A stretch of 64,000 nt of DNA from a virus (Duplodnaviria; Caudoviricetes), in the IMG/VR virus record IMGVR_UViG_2895442618_000001, positions 26,636-90,635 of that record; one strand, 5' to 3'. Each line of letters starts with the position of its first letter. Position 1 is the first letter of the stretch. The notes under the pieces were generated by a model. It was not told the DNA's origin and ran no database searches. It saw nothing but the letters and a program-made list of their open reading frames with translations. Below are positions 34,409 through 43,116 of the stretch, in pieces. The position numbers were made by a program, and so were the translations under genes.

Positions 34409-34756
34409 TCAGGTGTCGAGCGTGAACGCCGGGTCCCACAGGCGACCTGCGTGCAGGTCCACCAGCTCGGCCGCCCATTCGTCGCCCGCCCGCGCCGCCT
34501 TCAGGTGCTCTTGCGCCTGCCCCCACAGCCGGTCCATCAGGCCGGGAGCGAAGAACACCACAGCGGCGGCGCGCTCGTACCCGAGCGGGTTGGCGTCGGA
34601 CACCGCCGGCCACCACAGGACGTGCGTGTCGCCCTCGCGGGCTTCGACGCGCTCGGTCGCCGTGGCGAGCGCTGCGTCGATGCCCCGGATCTTGCGGGCG
34701 ATCCGTAGGTAGGCGTCAGCGTCTGGGTTGCCGGTGGCGACGAGCTTGCCGAGCAT
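34409..34756 (-). CDS. Hypothetical protein
   Basis: 115 aa, AGGAG RBS. Confidence 0.6.
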   Translation of the reverse strand: MLGKLVATGNPDADAYLRIARKIRGIDAALATATERVEAREGDTHVLWWPAVSDANPLGYERAAAVVFFAPGLMDRLWGQAQEHLKAARAGDEWAAELVDLHAGRLWDPAFTLDT

Positions 34757-34827
34757 CGCGGTCTCCTACGTCGAGGGCGGGCATTGGGGTCAGGAAGAGG
34801 AGGGGGCCCCTTGCGGGGCCCTTGGGG

Positions 34828-35130
34828 TCAGCGGGTGGACAAGAACTCGGCGAGGGCGTCCATCGGCGAGGAGGGTGCCTCAGGACTGGGGTTGGCCAGC
34901 GTGGGCAACTCGACCACGACGATCTCGCGGTGCAGCCACGCCACCAGCGCGTCGCTGTCGGTCTTGCACAGGTCGATCCAGCGCGGACCCGCCTCGGTCT
35001 GCACCACGTAGGCGGTGGTCGCGGTCTTGGGGCAGCGCAGGCACGGGTGGCCTTCAGCGGCGCGGGTGGCGCGCTGGTCTGCGGTGTCGTTCGCGGGCGC
35101 CGGAGGCAGGTCGCTCCAGTTGATGGCCAT
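34828..35130 (-). CDS. Hypothetical zinc-finger protein
   Basis: CLRC...GPRWIDLC. Confidence 0.6.
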   Translation of the reverse strand: MAINWSDLPPAPANDTADQRATRAAEGHPCLRCPKTATTAYVVQTEAGPRWIDLCKTDSDALVAWLHREIVVVELPTLANPSPEAPSSPMDALAEFLSTR

Positions 35131-35136
35131 GGCGGG

Positions 35137-35403
35137 TCAGCCCTGGAAGTACGCGAAGTCGAAGGTGCAGTCGTTGCCGTCGTTGTCGAGGACCTCGATG
35201 TTCCAGGCGACGTCCTCGGACGCCTTCATGAGCACCTTGCCGATCGTCTCGACGCCGGAGGCGGGCAGGTGGCGGACGACCTTGACGGTCTCGCCGCTGC
35301 CCTTGGCGCGGGTCTCGTAGGACAGCGTGAAGACCTTGGCGTAGCGGCCCTGGCGGTCGCGGTTGAGGGTGCCGAGGTTGATCTCGCGGACGGCGGTGGT
35401 CAT
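35137..35403 (-). CDS. Hypothetical protein
   Basis: ATG 35403 after GAGGAG. Confidence 0.65.
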   Translation of the reverse strand: MTTAVREINLGTLNRDRQGRYAKVFTLSYETRAKGSGETVKVVRHLPASGVETIGKVLMKASEDVAWNIEVLDNDGNDCTFDFAYFQG

Positions 35404-35510
35404 GTCGTCTCCTCGTTGCTGGGTTTGGTCTACGTGCCCGTCCGGGTCTCGCACCCGGATGACTGCTGGTCGGGCTGGGCGGCCCCGGTCTCCCGGGGCC
35501 CTTGGGGTCT

Positions 35511-35675
35511 TCAGTCGGTCCACTCGGGGCAGAGGGCGGGCCTCTCCTTCCGGACCGCCGCCCAGAACTGGTCCTCGCTCTTGGAGTCCATGCCGGCCGA
35601 GTAGTCGATCAGCTCCTGGAGGGTGATGTTCGGGTTGTCGGCGAGGAGGGCGGCGGCGGTGAGGCGGGCGGTCAT
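35511..35675 (-). CDS. 54-aa hypothetical protein
   Basis: Hand-translated MTARLTAAALLADNPNITLQELIDYSAG...; GGGAG RBS. Confidence 0.55.
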   Translation of the reverse strand: MTARLTAAALLADNPNITLQELIDYSAGMDSKSEDQFWAAVRKERPALCPEWTD

Positions 35676-35711
35676 CTCGTGCTCCCTGGTCGGTGTCCCT
35701 TGCTGATAACC

Positions 35712-35750
35712 CCAACGTATTGGCCAACCTGTTGGGTGTCAATAGGTTGG
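35712..35750. promoter_or_regulatory. Three 12-bp quasi-palindromic operator-like sites
   Basis: CCAACGTATTGG, CCAACCTGTTGG, TCAATAGGTTGG between divergent genes. Confidence 0.65.
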
Positions 35751-35819
35751 CGGGGCGAATGCCAGCAGCCCCAACGCGGTGGCCTTCCCGGTGGGCTTTC
35801 GGTGTGCGAGGATGAGGCC

Positions 35820-36098
35820 ATGAGCAAGAGCGACTACACACCCGACGACCGCGAAGCCAAGACCTTCGCCCGCTTCAAGCGGCACTACGAGGCGCACAAG
35901 GCGCTCCTGCCCGAGGTCAAGGAGATGGCTGCCCACGCGCTCAAGCAGGGGGCGACCACCGGCCAGCTCGCCAAATGGACGGGCCTCACAGACGAGTTGT
36001 TCCGCCGCATCGCCCGAGCCGAAGGAGTCGAACGGCACCGCCCGCCCACTGTGGGACGGGATGCCACGCCCGCACCTCCCGCCGGCGAGTCGGAGTAG
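35820..36098 (+). CDS. Small HTH DNA-binding protein
   Basis: ALKQGATTGQLAKWTGLTDELFRRIAR. Confidence 0.7.
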   Translation: MSKSDYTPDDREAKTFARFKRHYEAHKALLPEVKEMAAHALKQGATTGQLAKWTGLTDELFRRIARAEGVERHRPPTVGRDATPAPPAGESE

Positions 36099-36102
36099 CT
36101 GT

Positions 36103-36312
36103 TCACCTCTCGCCCTTCCCGTCCAGGTAGTCGATCCGCCAGGTCGGGTGGCACGGGATGATCCGCTTCGGGTCGTCGTCGAGCCGGACACGGAGTGCCG
36201 CATCCTTGAAGCCCACGATGGTGCCCGCCTGCCCTCGGAACTTGATCCGGGCGCCGCGCTTGGCGGGCACCTGGTAGTAGCGGCGGATGTAGTCGGCGCT
36301 GCCCTTGGTCAT
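36103..36312 (-). CDS. Hypothetical protein
   Basis: ATG 36312; YIRRYYQVPAKRGARI...CHPTWRIDY. Confidence 0.65.
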   Translation of the reverse strand: MTKGSADYIRRYYQVPAKRGARIKFRGQAGTIVGFKDAALRVRLDDDPKRIIPCHPTWRIDYLDGKGER

Positions 36313-36713
36313 CAGGGAGCCTCCCCGATCTCGTCGTCGCGGGGATCCCATGCCTCGTTCAGGTCCCGTTCCGTGGACGCCCACACGTTGGTCGGGCAGG
36401 GCCACGCGAACCCGCACTCGCCGCACAGGCCGGACGTCGTCCCGTGCGGCCCTTCACTCTTGGAGTGGGCGTCGGCGATCCTGCCGAGCCGGCCGGACGG
36501 GTCGACGAGCACGATCCGTGTTGATCCGTTGTGCCCGTGGACGTGCTTGACGTCGTCGATCCGGTTGTAGTGGACCGTGGATGGACGCTCACCGCGCCAG
36601 CGGAGCGCTACCGCCCCGTCCGGCCACAGCACGCCGTCGGCGACCTCGCCTGTGCCGGACACCCCGCTGACGTCCTCGTCGCGGACCAGCTTGAACAGCA
36701 TCGGCGCGGCCAT
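36312..36713 (-). CDS. Conserved phage hypothetical protein
   Basis: FKLVRDEDVSGVSGTGEVADGV...HGHNGSTRI motif. Confidence 0.7.
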   Translation of the reverse strand: MAAPMLFKLVRDEDVSGVSGTGEVADGVLWPDGAVALRWRGERPSTVHYNRIDDVKHVHGHNGSTRIVLVDPSGRLGRIADAHSKSEGPHGTTSGLCGECGFAWPCPTNVWASTERDLNEAWDPRDDEIGEAP

Positions 36714-37453
36714 CAGGAAGCCTCCTTCCGTTGGGAGGCGTGACGGCGGCGGAAAGTCTCGTACCGGTCCCGCAGCGTCGACGTACGCCGCGTCTTGGCC
36801 ACTGCGATTGCTTGCAGCCAGTCCACCGCCGCGCCTGTCGGTTCGATGCCGTCCAGACGCATGCGCCGCACCGACCAGGCCAGGCGGTGGGCGGCAGCCA
36901 TCAGCGGGTTCGACGGCATGCGATCCCAGGTGGTGGTGCCTTCGGCGTCGGGGACGTGGCGGACGGTGATGGGGCGGCGCCGGAGCAGGTTGTTCACCTC
37001 GTCGACCGCCTGCCGGTCGCGGCACCCGCCGCTTGCTGGCTTCCGGGTGCGGGCCATGTGCTGCACGGCGGCGATCACTTCCTGGTTGTCGAGCAACAGC
37101 GTTACGGGGCCTTCTCCGGAGCGGCGCAGCGCAAATCTGACGGCCTGCATCTCCGCTGTTTGGCTGTTCATGCGCGGGCCGTGGCACGTCCCGACAGTGA
37201 CGTGGCCGTCGCCGGAGACGGCAGCGAACCCGGCGTGCTCGCATTCCGGGGTGACCGACCCGTCGGTGCCGATCACGTTGCGCTGCCCGGTGAATCCGTC
37301 CAGGCGGAAGCGTATGGGGCGGGCTACCTCGAATGTCTCGGGCGCCTGATGCGGCGCTGTCCAGCTCGACCCCTCGGGGGAACTGGTGCCGTTGGCGAAG
37401 CGGTAGGCCAACGCTGCGAGCATCTCGGAACTCACCTCCTCGGCTGCTGGCAT
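36713..37453 (-). CDS. RNase H-like fold protein
   Basis: GTDGS, TAEMQAV, LLDNQ; expected fourth acidic residue appears as His (AAAHRLA). Confidence 0.65.
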   Translation of the reverse strand: MPAAEEVSSEMLAALAYRFANGTSSPEGSSWTAPHQAPETFEVARPIRFRLDGFTGQRNVIGTDGSVTPECEHAGFAAVSGDGHVTVGTCHGPRMNSQTAEMQAVRFALRRSGEGPVTLLLDNQEVIAAVQHMARTRKPASGGCRDRQAVDEVNNLLRRRPITVRHVPDAEGTTTWDRMPSNPLMAAAHRLAWSVRRMRLDGIEPTGAAVDWLQAIAVAKTRRTSTLRDRYETFRRRHASQRKEAS

Positions 37454-37580
37454 GTTCGAGTCCTCTCTCAAATATCGATCTTGCAGAGCTTGATCAGTGA
37501 TCTTTCTCGGACTGATGAGCGACTGAGCGAGCCACAGAAGCCCGCTCAATCCCAAGGACGGGAAAAGGTACGGGAGAGCC

Positions 37581-37979
37581 CTACAAACCCGCGAGCGTCG
37601 ATCCTGGAGCCACGGAGACGCCTTCCACGCCCGACCCGAGCCGCGCCAGATCGAACTCGTGGGCGTGGACACCCCGCACGAACGCCGCCATCTCCGACTC
37701 CGTGAACTGCAGAGCCACCGTCTTGTCGCTGGTCAACCACACCAGCCACTCATCCAGACCGACCCTGGACGCCTGCACCAGCCCGCCAGCCCAGCCCATC
37801 GACCCGGTCTTGACCGCGTCCAGGAACGCGCACCAGTCGCCGGCCGGAACCACGAGGGTCGGCCCCTCGGGGTGCTTGGAGTCCCTCACCCCGATGTCTC
37901 CGTCAGAGAGCAGGGCCACCTCCCCGCAGGCGGTGGCGCCGTTGCAGAAGCTCGACTTCCGCCAGACCTGGCCGCTCAT
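37581..37979 (-). CDS. DUF397-domain protein
   Basis: WRKSSFC...CGEVA...VRDSKHP...W.AFLDAVKTG, plus degenerate second copy FTESEMAAFVRGVHAHEFD. Confidence 0.8.
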   Translation of the reverse strand: MSGQVWRKSSFCNGATACGEVALLSDGDIGVRDSKHPEGPTLVVPAGDWCAFLDAVKTGSMGWAGGLVQASRVGLDEWLVWLTSDKTVALQFTESEMAAFVRGVHAHEFDLARLGSGVEGVSVAPGSTLAGL

Positions 37980-38482
37980 GACGTGGTCCCGTTCAGGACC
38001 CTGGCCACAGCCAGCGGGCGGTCGAAGCACTCGCAGCGAAGGCCGGGCGCGTCGGCGTCGGCCAGCCAGTTCCCACACCCCTCGTCGTGGACGAGAGCGT
38101 CAGGGTGCCCGGCGCACCCTTCGCCGCAGTTCGGGCACTCCGGGGTGTCCGTGATGACCTCGCGGTCGAACTCCTCCGCCGCCTGCTCCAGCCAGGAGGC
38201 GAGAGGCTCAGCCAGCGCGGGCGAGGCCAGCGCGATCCACTGCCCGTCCCGAACGGCCTGGTCGCGCATGTAACGCCACGCGGAATCGCGGGTACTCAGG
38301 TTGATCTCAGCGACCAGCGTGTGCTCCGCGCTGACTGCTACCTGCGTGCTGTAGTCCTCGCGCTCTTCCATCTGGCCGCACACCCATCGGCCCTCGGTGG
38401 TGCCCGCAGACACCCGACGCAGCTTCGCCGCCGTCTCTCGCAGCTCGTCGCCGATGGTCTTCTCGGTCTTCGCGTCACTCAT
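37976..38482 (-). CDS. Hypothetical protein
   Basis: 168 aa; WIALASPALAEPLASWLE. Confidence 0.6.
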   Translation of the reverse strand: MSDAKTEKTIGDELRETAAKLRRVSAGTTEGRWVCGQMEEREDYSTQVAVSAEHTLVAEINLSTRDSAWRYMRDQAVRDGQWIALASPALAEPLASWLEQAAEEFDREVITDTPECPNCGEGCAGHPDALVHDEGCGNWLADADAPGLRCECFDRPLAVARVLNGTTS

Positions 38483-38861
38483 GGTCGGCTCCCTGGTTGA
38501 TCACCCGGGCGATCCGCAGGGCGTGCTGGAAGTCGTCCGGCATCGGCCCGTCCTGGCTCAGGTGGATGCCCTCCTTTGACTCCAGCCAGTCGGCGACCGG
38601 ATCGGCGAGATGCCGCAGGAGGACGTCTCCGGTCAGGTGGCCGTTGCGGCGGGCGCTCTCGGCCGCCCGACGCAGGGTGTCCACCGCCGACTGAAACTCG
38701 TCGGCGATCGTCTTCCCGGTGGTGCCGACGATGCGCGCGGCCATGCAGTGGGCGCAGAACGGCCCGTCTGGGTGCTGGCCGTCTCCGCGCTCGCGCAGGT
38801 GCGCCGCGTTCGGAGCGCTGCACGAGACGCAGGCGTCCGGATCGATCACGGTCTCAGCCAT
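38475..38861 (-). CDS. Hypothetical protein
   Basis: 128 aa with CxxC pairs. Confidence 0.55.
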   Translation of the reverse strand: MAETVIDPDACVSCSAPNAAHLRERGDGQHPDGPFCAHCMAARIVGTTGKTIADEFQSAVDTLRRAAESARRNGHLTGDVLLRHLADPVADWLESKEGIHLSQDGPMPDDFQHALRIARVINQGADHE

Positions 38862-39315
38862 GGGTCTTCTCCCCGGTGTCGAGTTGGGCGAGCGCTTCCG
38901 TGATGGGTCCGCGAGCGGACGGGATCAGGTCGAGGGTGAGAACGTCGCCTACGGGCACCCAGGCAGCCCGGTCGATCTCGGCGGCCACGACGCGAGGCGT
39001 GGAGCCTGCGGCGGTCGCGCACAGCCTGGCTACCGCCACCACCGTGGGAGCGTCCGGGCCGTCGCCCAGCCGCCACGACCACACCGCCAGCGGACGGCCC
39101 GGGATCACCTTCAGCCCGACCTCCTCCCACACCTCGCGGGCCAGAGCGTCGTCCGGGGATTCGCCCGCCCGCATCCGGCCGCCCGGCAACTCCCAGCGGC
39201 CCGGCTGGAACGGGTCGTCGGGGCCTTTGCGGACCGTGAGCACCCGGTCGCCGTCGAGGATGACGGCCTTCTGGGCGAACTGGACGCGAGCGTCAGCCGC
39301 GGTCGTGGCGCTCAT
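38854..39315 (-). CDS. Nudix hydrolase
   Basis: Canonical Nudix box GRMRAGESPDDALAREVWEEVGL. Confidence 0.9.
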   Translation of the reverse strand: MSATTAADARVQFAQKAVILDGDRVLTVRKGPDDPFQPGRWELPGGRMRAGESPDDALAREVWEEVGLKVIPGRPLAVWSWRLGDGPDAPTVVAVARLCATAAGSTPRVVAAEIDRAAWVPVGDVLTLDLIPSARGPITEALAQLDTGEKTHG

Positions 39316-39794
39316 CGGGCGAACACCTCGCCGCCCTGCTTCGCCGCGACCTCGCACGGCCACTGCCAGGCGGCGCCGTCCTCCCAGCAGACCGCGCACA
39401 GCCACGCATTCGGCTGGCCGTTGCCGTCCCAGACGGGCACGTGGAAGCGGGCCGGGAGCTTGCGCCGCTCCTCGATCGTCTCCGGCAGGTCCTCGTAACC
39501 TGGGTGGTCCGGCGCCTGCAGCAGGATCGCGCGCACGTCGCCGCCGCGCTCCCTGAAGTGCAGCCTGGCCACCTCCTTCATCGCGCTGGTGACCGGCTTG
39601 TGTCGGTGCTCGACCGGCTCGATGAGCACGCTCGCCTTCTCGTCGAGCGCCTGTTCCGCCACGTCTTCGAGGTCGCCGGCGCAGACCGCAACCGGACGGA
39701 ACCGGGCATTCGGGTAGGTGAGACGAGCGACCGCCGGGGTGTCCTCGTCGTGGTCCTCGTTGCCGCACAGCACGGTCGTCTTCGTGTCACTCAT
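39312..39794 (-). CDS. Hypothetical protein
   Basis: 160 aa, coupled overlap. Confidence 0.55.
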   Translation of the reverse strand: MSDTKTTVLCGNEDHDEDTPAVARLTYPNARFRPVAVCAGDLEDVAEQALDEKASVLIEPVEHRHKPVTSAMKEVARLHFRERGGDVRAILLQAPDHPGYEDLPETIEERRKLPARFHVPVWDGNGQPNAWLCAVCWEDGAAWQWPCEVAAKQGGEVFAR

Positions 39795-39850
39795 GGGCGT
39801 TGATCTCCCCTTGGGCTGTTAGGTCGGTATCGGGAGGGGCGGGAGCGGGA

Positions 39851-40579
39851 TTAGGCGCTGCATGCCTGGCCGCGCTCGCCGTGACGTGGACACCACCGGT
39901 AGTAGTTGGTGTCGAGGTTGTGGCTTGGCATGGCCCGACCGTTGACCGGGCGCCAACCGCTCCAGTGGCGGGTGTTGCAGGGGTTGCAGAGCGGCGCTCG
40001 GACGAACCCATGGGTGTGGCAGTGGTCCCACACCTGCGCCCGTGCGGTCACGCAACTTGGACACATGAAGTCCGCGGCCTTCGGCCAGTCGCTGCGGCCG
40101 GCCCGGGTGACGGAGTAGGTGCGGCCCTGCAATTGGCCGCGGTAGACCTGGGCACCCCCTTCAGCGCCTTTGGGGCCGTAGACGACCTTGGTTCGGGCGA
40201 TCTCACCCAAGTCCGCCACCACGGCGTCCCCAACTCGCTCGAACCAGCCTCCAGAGGACTCTCCGTGGTGGGCGCCTAGGCACGAGCAGTCGCACTCCAT
40301 GCCCATCGCATCCAGGCACGATTTGGTGCACCTCGACAGCTTCGACATGTCCCGGTACACCGCGACGTAGCCGAAACGGTCGATCGCCGCCATCACGAAC
40401 TTCATCAGGCAGTTGCGAGGCAGGGACCACCGATCGCCTTCGAGGCTGGGTGAGCGGATTTCCAGCGTGTGATGTAACCACCGGAAGTTGCCTTTCCGCG
40501 GCGGGACCTTCGCGATCACCTGGCCTTCTTTCGGAAGCCAGATCATCGCCTCCACAGTCGGAGCGACGGTGACGCTCAC
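39851..40579 (-). CDS. Protein with C-terminal endonuclease VII-like domain
   Basis: CPSC...WDHCHTHGFVRAPLCNPCN. Confidence 0.7.
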   Translation of the reverse strand: MSVTVAPTVEAMIWLPKEGQVIAKVPPRKGNFRWLHHTLEIRSPSLEGDRWSLPRNCLMKFVMAAIDRFGYVAVYRDMSKLSRCTKSCLDAMGMECDCSCLGAHHGESSGGWFERVGDAVVADLGEIARTKVVYGPKGAEGGAQVYRGQLQGRTYSVTRAGRSDWPKAADFMCPSCVTARAQVWDHCHTHGFVRAPLCNPCNTRHWSGWRPVNGRAMPSHNLDTNYYRWCPRHGERGQACSA

Positions 40580-41247
40580 CCGGACTCCCCGTGCTCGAAA
40601 CGAGCCGACCGGGCAGCGCGGTAAGCGTCGAGAAGCCGCGGGGTGTGGTGCCGGAATTGCACGGCTTGCAACTCGGCGTCGTCGGGGAGGTCTGGGCAGC
40701 CGAACACCTGGCCAGACAGCTTGATGATCGCCCGCGGGCAGTAAGGGCAGTCCATCCACCACCAGAAGTCGCTCTTCGGCTGCCCTGGCGTGGGCCGCGG
40801 GTTCAGCCTGTAGGCGGTCGGTGTGAGGTTGAGCTCCCACTGCGCCGGCCGAACCGGGTAGGGCAGCCATCCGACGCTGTTGTCCCATTCGTAGCCGGGG
40901 CTGCCGATGAGATCTTCGAGGTCGGTGATGTGCGACAGGTCGGGCGCTGGCACTTCGACCTTGCCGAAGTAGACGTAGGCGGGAATGCTCGTTCCGGTTG
41001 CGAGTCCCTGGGCCTTGGCGACCTCGTCGGCCGTCGGTGCGGTGCCCTTGATTTCCAGCCAGAACGCGGCTGGGGTGTCGGGGTAGACAAGGAAGTCAGG
41101 CAGGTAGGGCTTGCCGTCCACGACGTAGCCCTCCAATTCGTAGTCCCACGGGACGTCGAGGTGGTCCATGAAGACGGCCCACCTCGCCTCGGTGCGGGAC
41201 CTGAAGCGGTAGCCGCGGTACCTGGTCTCGATCGGGTTGATGTTCAC
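40576..41247 (-). CDS. PD-(D/E)XK nuclease
   Basis: FRSRTEARWAVF...YLPDF...WLEIKG. Confidence 0.75.
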   Translation of the reverse strand: MNINPIETRYRGYRFRSRTEARWAVFMDHLDVPWDYELEGYVVDGKPYLPDFLVYPDTPAAFWLEIKGTAPTADEVAKAQGLATGTSIPAYVYFGKVEVPAPDLSHITDLEDLIGSPGYEWDNSVGWLPYPVRPAQWELNLTPTAYRLNPRPTPGQPKSDFWWWMDCPYCPRAIIKLSGQVFGCPDLPDDAELQAVQFRHHTPRLLDAYRAARSARFEHGESG

Positions 41248-41711
41248 GCCGTCCCCTCCTCGCCAGCGTCGGCGGCACGGCGGACGATGGGATCGGTGGA
41301 CAGCCACTCCGCGAGGTTGCGAATCAGGGCATCAAGGTCACGCTTCTCGATGGCCTCGGGAATCCCTGCACGCAAGGCGCGGGCCGCGTGCACTGCGCTG
41401 GGTTCGGGGTTTAACTCGAGCTCGAGGTGCGCCCGGTCGGCAAGACGAATGACCGCGTCAACGAACGCCAGTCCTTCGATCTTCTCAATGAACGTGATGG
41501 CGTCTCCGCCGGCATCGCAGCCGAAGCAGAACCACATGCCACGGCTCGGCGCCACGTAGAACGTCTCCGTAGGGTCGGCGCTGAACGGGCAGGTGCCCTT
41601 CAGTGTGCCGTCGTCAGCCGGGATGAGGTTGACGTGCTCTCGAACGATGTCGGCGATCGGGCTGAGCGCCAGGACTCGAGCGATGTCACGGTCAGGGATC
41701 TGTAGAGACAT
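41244..41711 (-). CDS. Stand-alone DnaG-type CHC2 zinc-binding domain protein
   Basis: CPFS...WFCFGCDAGGDAITF...FVDAVIRLA; no TOPRIM domain. Confidence 0.75.
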   Translation of the reverse strand: MSLQIPDRDIARVLALSPIADIVREHVNLIPADDGTLKGTCPFSADPTETFYVAPSRGMWFCFGCDAGGDAITFIEKIEGLAFVDAVIRLADRAHLELELNPEPSAVHAARALRAGIPEAIEKRDLDALIRNLAEWLSTDPIVRRAADAGEEGTA

Positions 41712-41721
41712 GAGGTTTCCT

Positions 41722-43116
41722 TCAGTTCACGACGTGCAGGTCGGGTCGGCCGGTAGGGGTTGAGGTGGGCTCGTCCTTGGCCATGTCGATCAGCCGGGAG
41801 TAGTGGAGTTGGGCGGCCACGGTCACGGTCGCCTGGGGGCCGCCGCGGTTCTTCGCCACGATCAGCTCGGCCTCGCCCGCTCGAGGGGACTCCGGCTCGT
41901 AGGCATCTTCGCGGTGGATGAGGATCACCACGTCGGCGTCCGCCTCGATGGAGCCGCTGTCCTTCAGCTCCCCGATCTGGGGCCGCTTGTCGGTGCGTTT
42001 CTGCGACTCGCGGTTGAGTTGGCTGAGCAGCACGATCGTCAGCCCGAACTCGCCCGCCATGGCCTTCAACTGCTGGGTGACCATGCCAAGCTCGATGTCA
42101 CGGCGCGGATTCTTGGGCGCGGTCATGATCTGCAAGTAGTCGACGACCACGAGCTTCGCCGGGTCTTCACGGGACAGCCAGCGAAGCTGGGAACGGATGT
42201 GATCGAGCGTGCAGCCGGGCACGAAGTCGATCGTCAGCGGCGACCCGGAGATGCGGGCGCCGGCCTCCGCGGCGGCGGCGAGTTGCTGCCGGGTGACGTT
42301 GCGGGTGCGGATGGCGCGCAACGGTATGCGCCCTTCGGCGGCGGTGATGCGGTCGACGACCTCTTCCTCGCTCATTTCGAGCGTGAAGATGATGCTCCGC
42401 TCGCCGTTCTGGATGGCGGCCTTGCGGGCGAAGTCGACGGACAGGACGCTCTTGCCCAGGCCGGGCCGACCGGCTATGACGACGAGCTGCCCCTTGCGGA
42501 AGCCTCCGCCGAGCAGGTGGTTGAGGTCCTCAAACGGCGTCTCGATCACGTCGAGCTTCGGCGGCGGGTTCTCCAGCTCGTCGAGCAGTTTGACCACGGT
42601 GGCCGAAACGTCCTTGGGTCGCTCGCCGATCCGGCGGGTCAACGCCTCGTCGACCATCTTGCGGACCTGATCGATGTCCGTGGACGGGTCCCACGTCGCG
42701 TGCTCGGTCATCTGGATGCTGGTGCGGAGTGCCTGCTGCAGACGGCGGCGTTCGGCGTCCTGGGAGATCTCCTTGCACAGGCGGCCCACCGACCCGGCGA
42801 CGGCGGCGTGCTCCATCAGCGTGTGCAGGTACGAGCCGCCGCCCACCCGCTCGAGGTCGCCTTGGTTTTGCAGCTGGATCAGCACCTCGGTGGTGTCGAT
42901 CCGCGTCTTGGCGCGGTCGGCCGGCTTGCAGTTGTCCCGCACCTCCAGCGCTGCGGCGAACACGTAGCGGGCGACGCTGTAGAAGTCCGCAGGCGTCACA
43001 ATGTCGGCAGCCTCGTCCAGCAAGAGCCGGGACTGGATCGCCGCGCCAGCGATGGCCATCTCCGCGGCGATGACCTTCTCGGTCGCTTCCCAGCCGGACG
43101 TCTCGAAGTCGGTCAT
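41722..43116 (-). CDS. dnaB: Replicative DNA helicase, DnaB family
   Basis: AGRPGLGKS, VVVDYLQ, SQLNR, DSGSIEADAD, IVAKNRGG. Confidence 0.93.
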   Translation of the reverse strand: MTDFETSGWEATEKVIAAEMAIAGAAIQSRLLLDEAADIVTPADFYSVARYVFAAALEVRDNCKPADRAKTRIDTTEVLIQLQNQGDLERVGGGSYLHTLMEHAAVAGSVGRLCKEISQDAERRRLQQALRTSIQMTEHATWDPSTDIDQVRKMVDEALTRRIGERPKDVSATVVKLLDELENPPPKLDVIETPFEDLNHLLGGGFRKGQLVVIAGRPGLGKSVLSVDFARKAAIQNGERSIIFTLEMSEEEVVDRITAAEGRIPLRAIRTRNVTRQQLAAAAEAGARISGSPLTIDFVPGCTLDHIRSQLRWLSREDPAKLVVVDYLQIMTAPKNPRRDIELGMVTQQLKAMAGEFGLTIVLLSQLNRESQKRTDKRPQIGELKDSGSIEADADVVILIHREDAYEPESPRAGEAELIVAKNRGGPQATVTVAAQLHYSRLIDMAKDEPTSTPTGRPDLHVVN

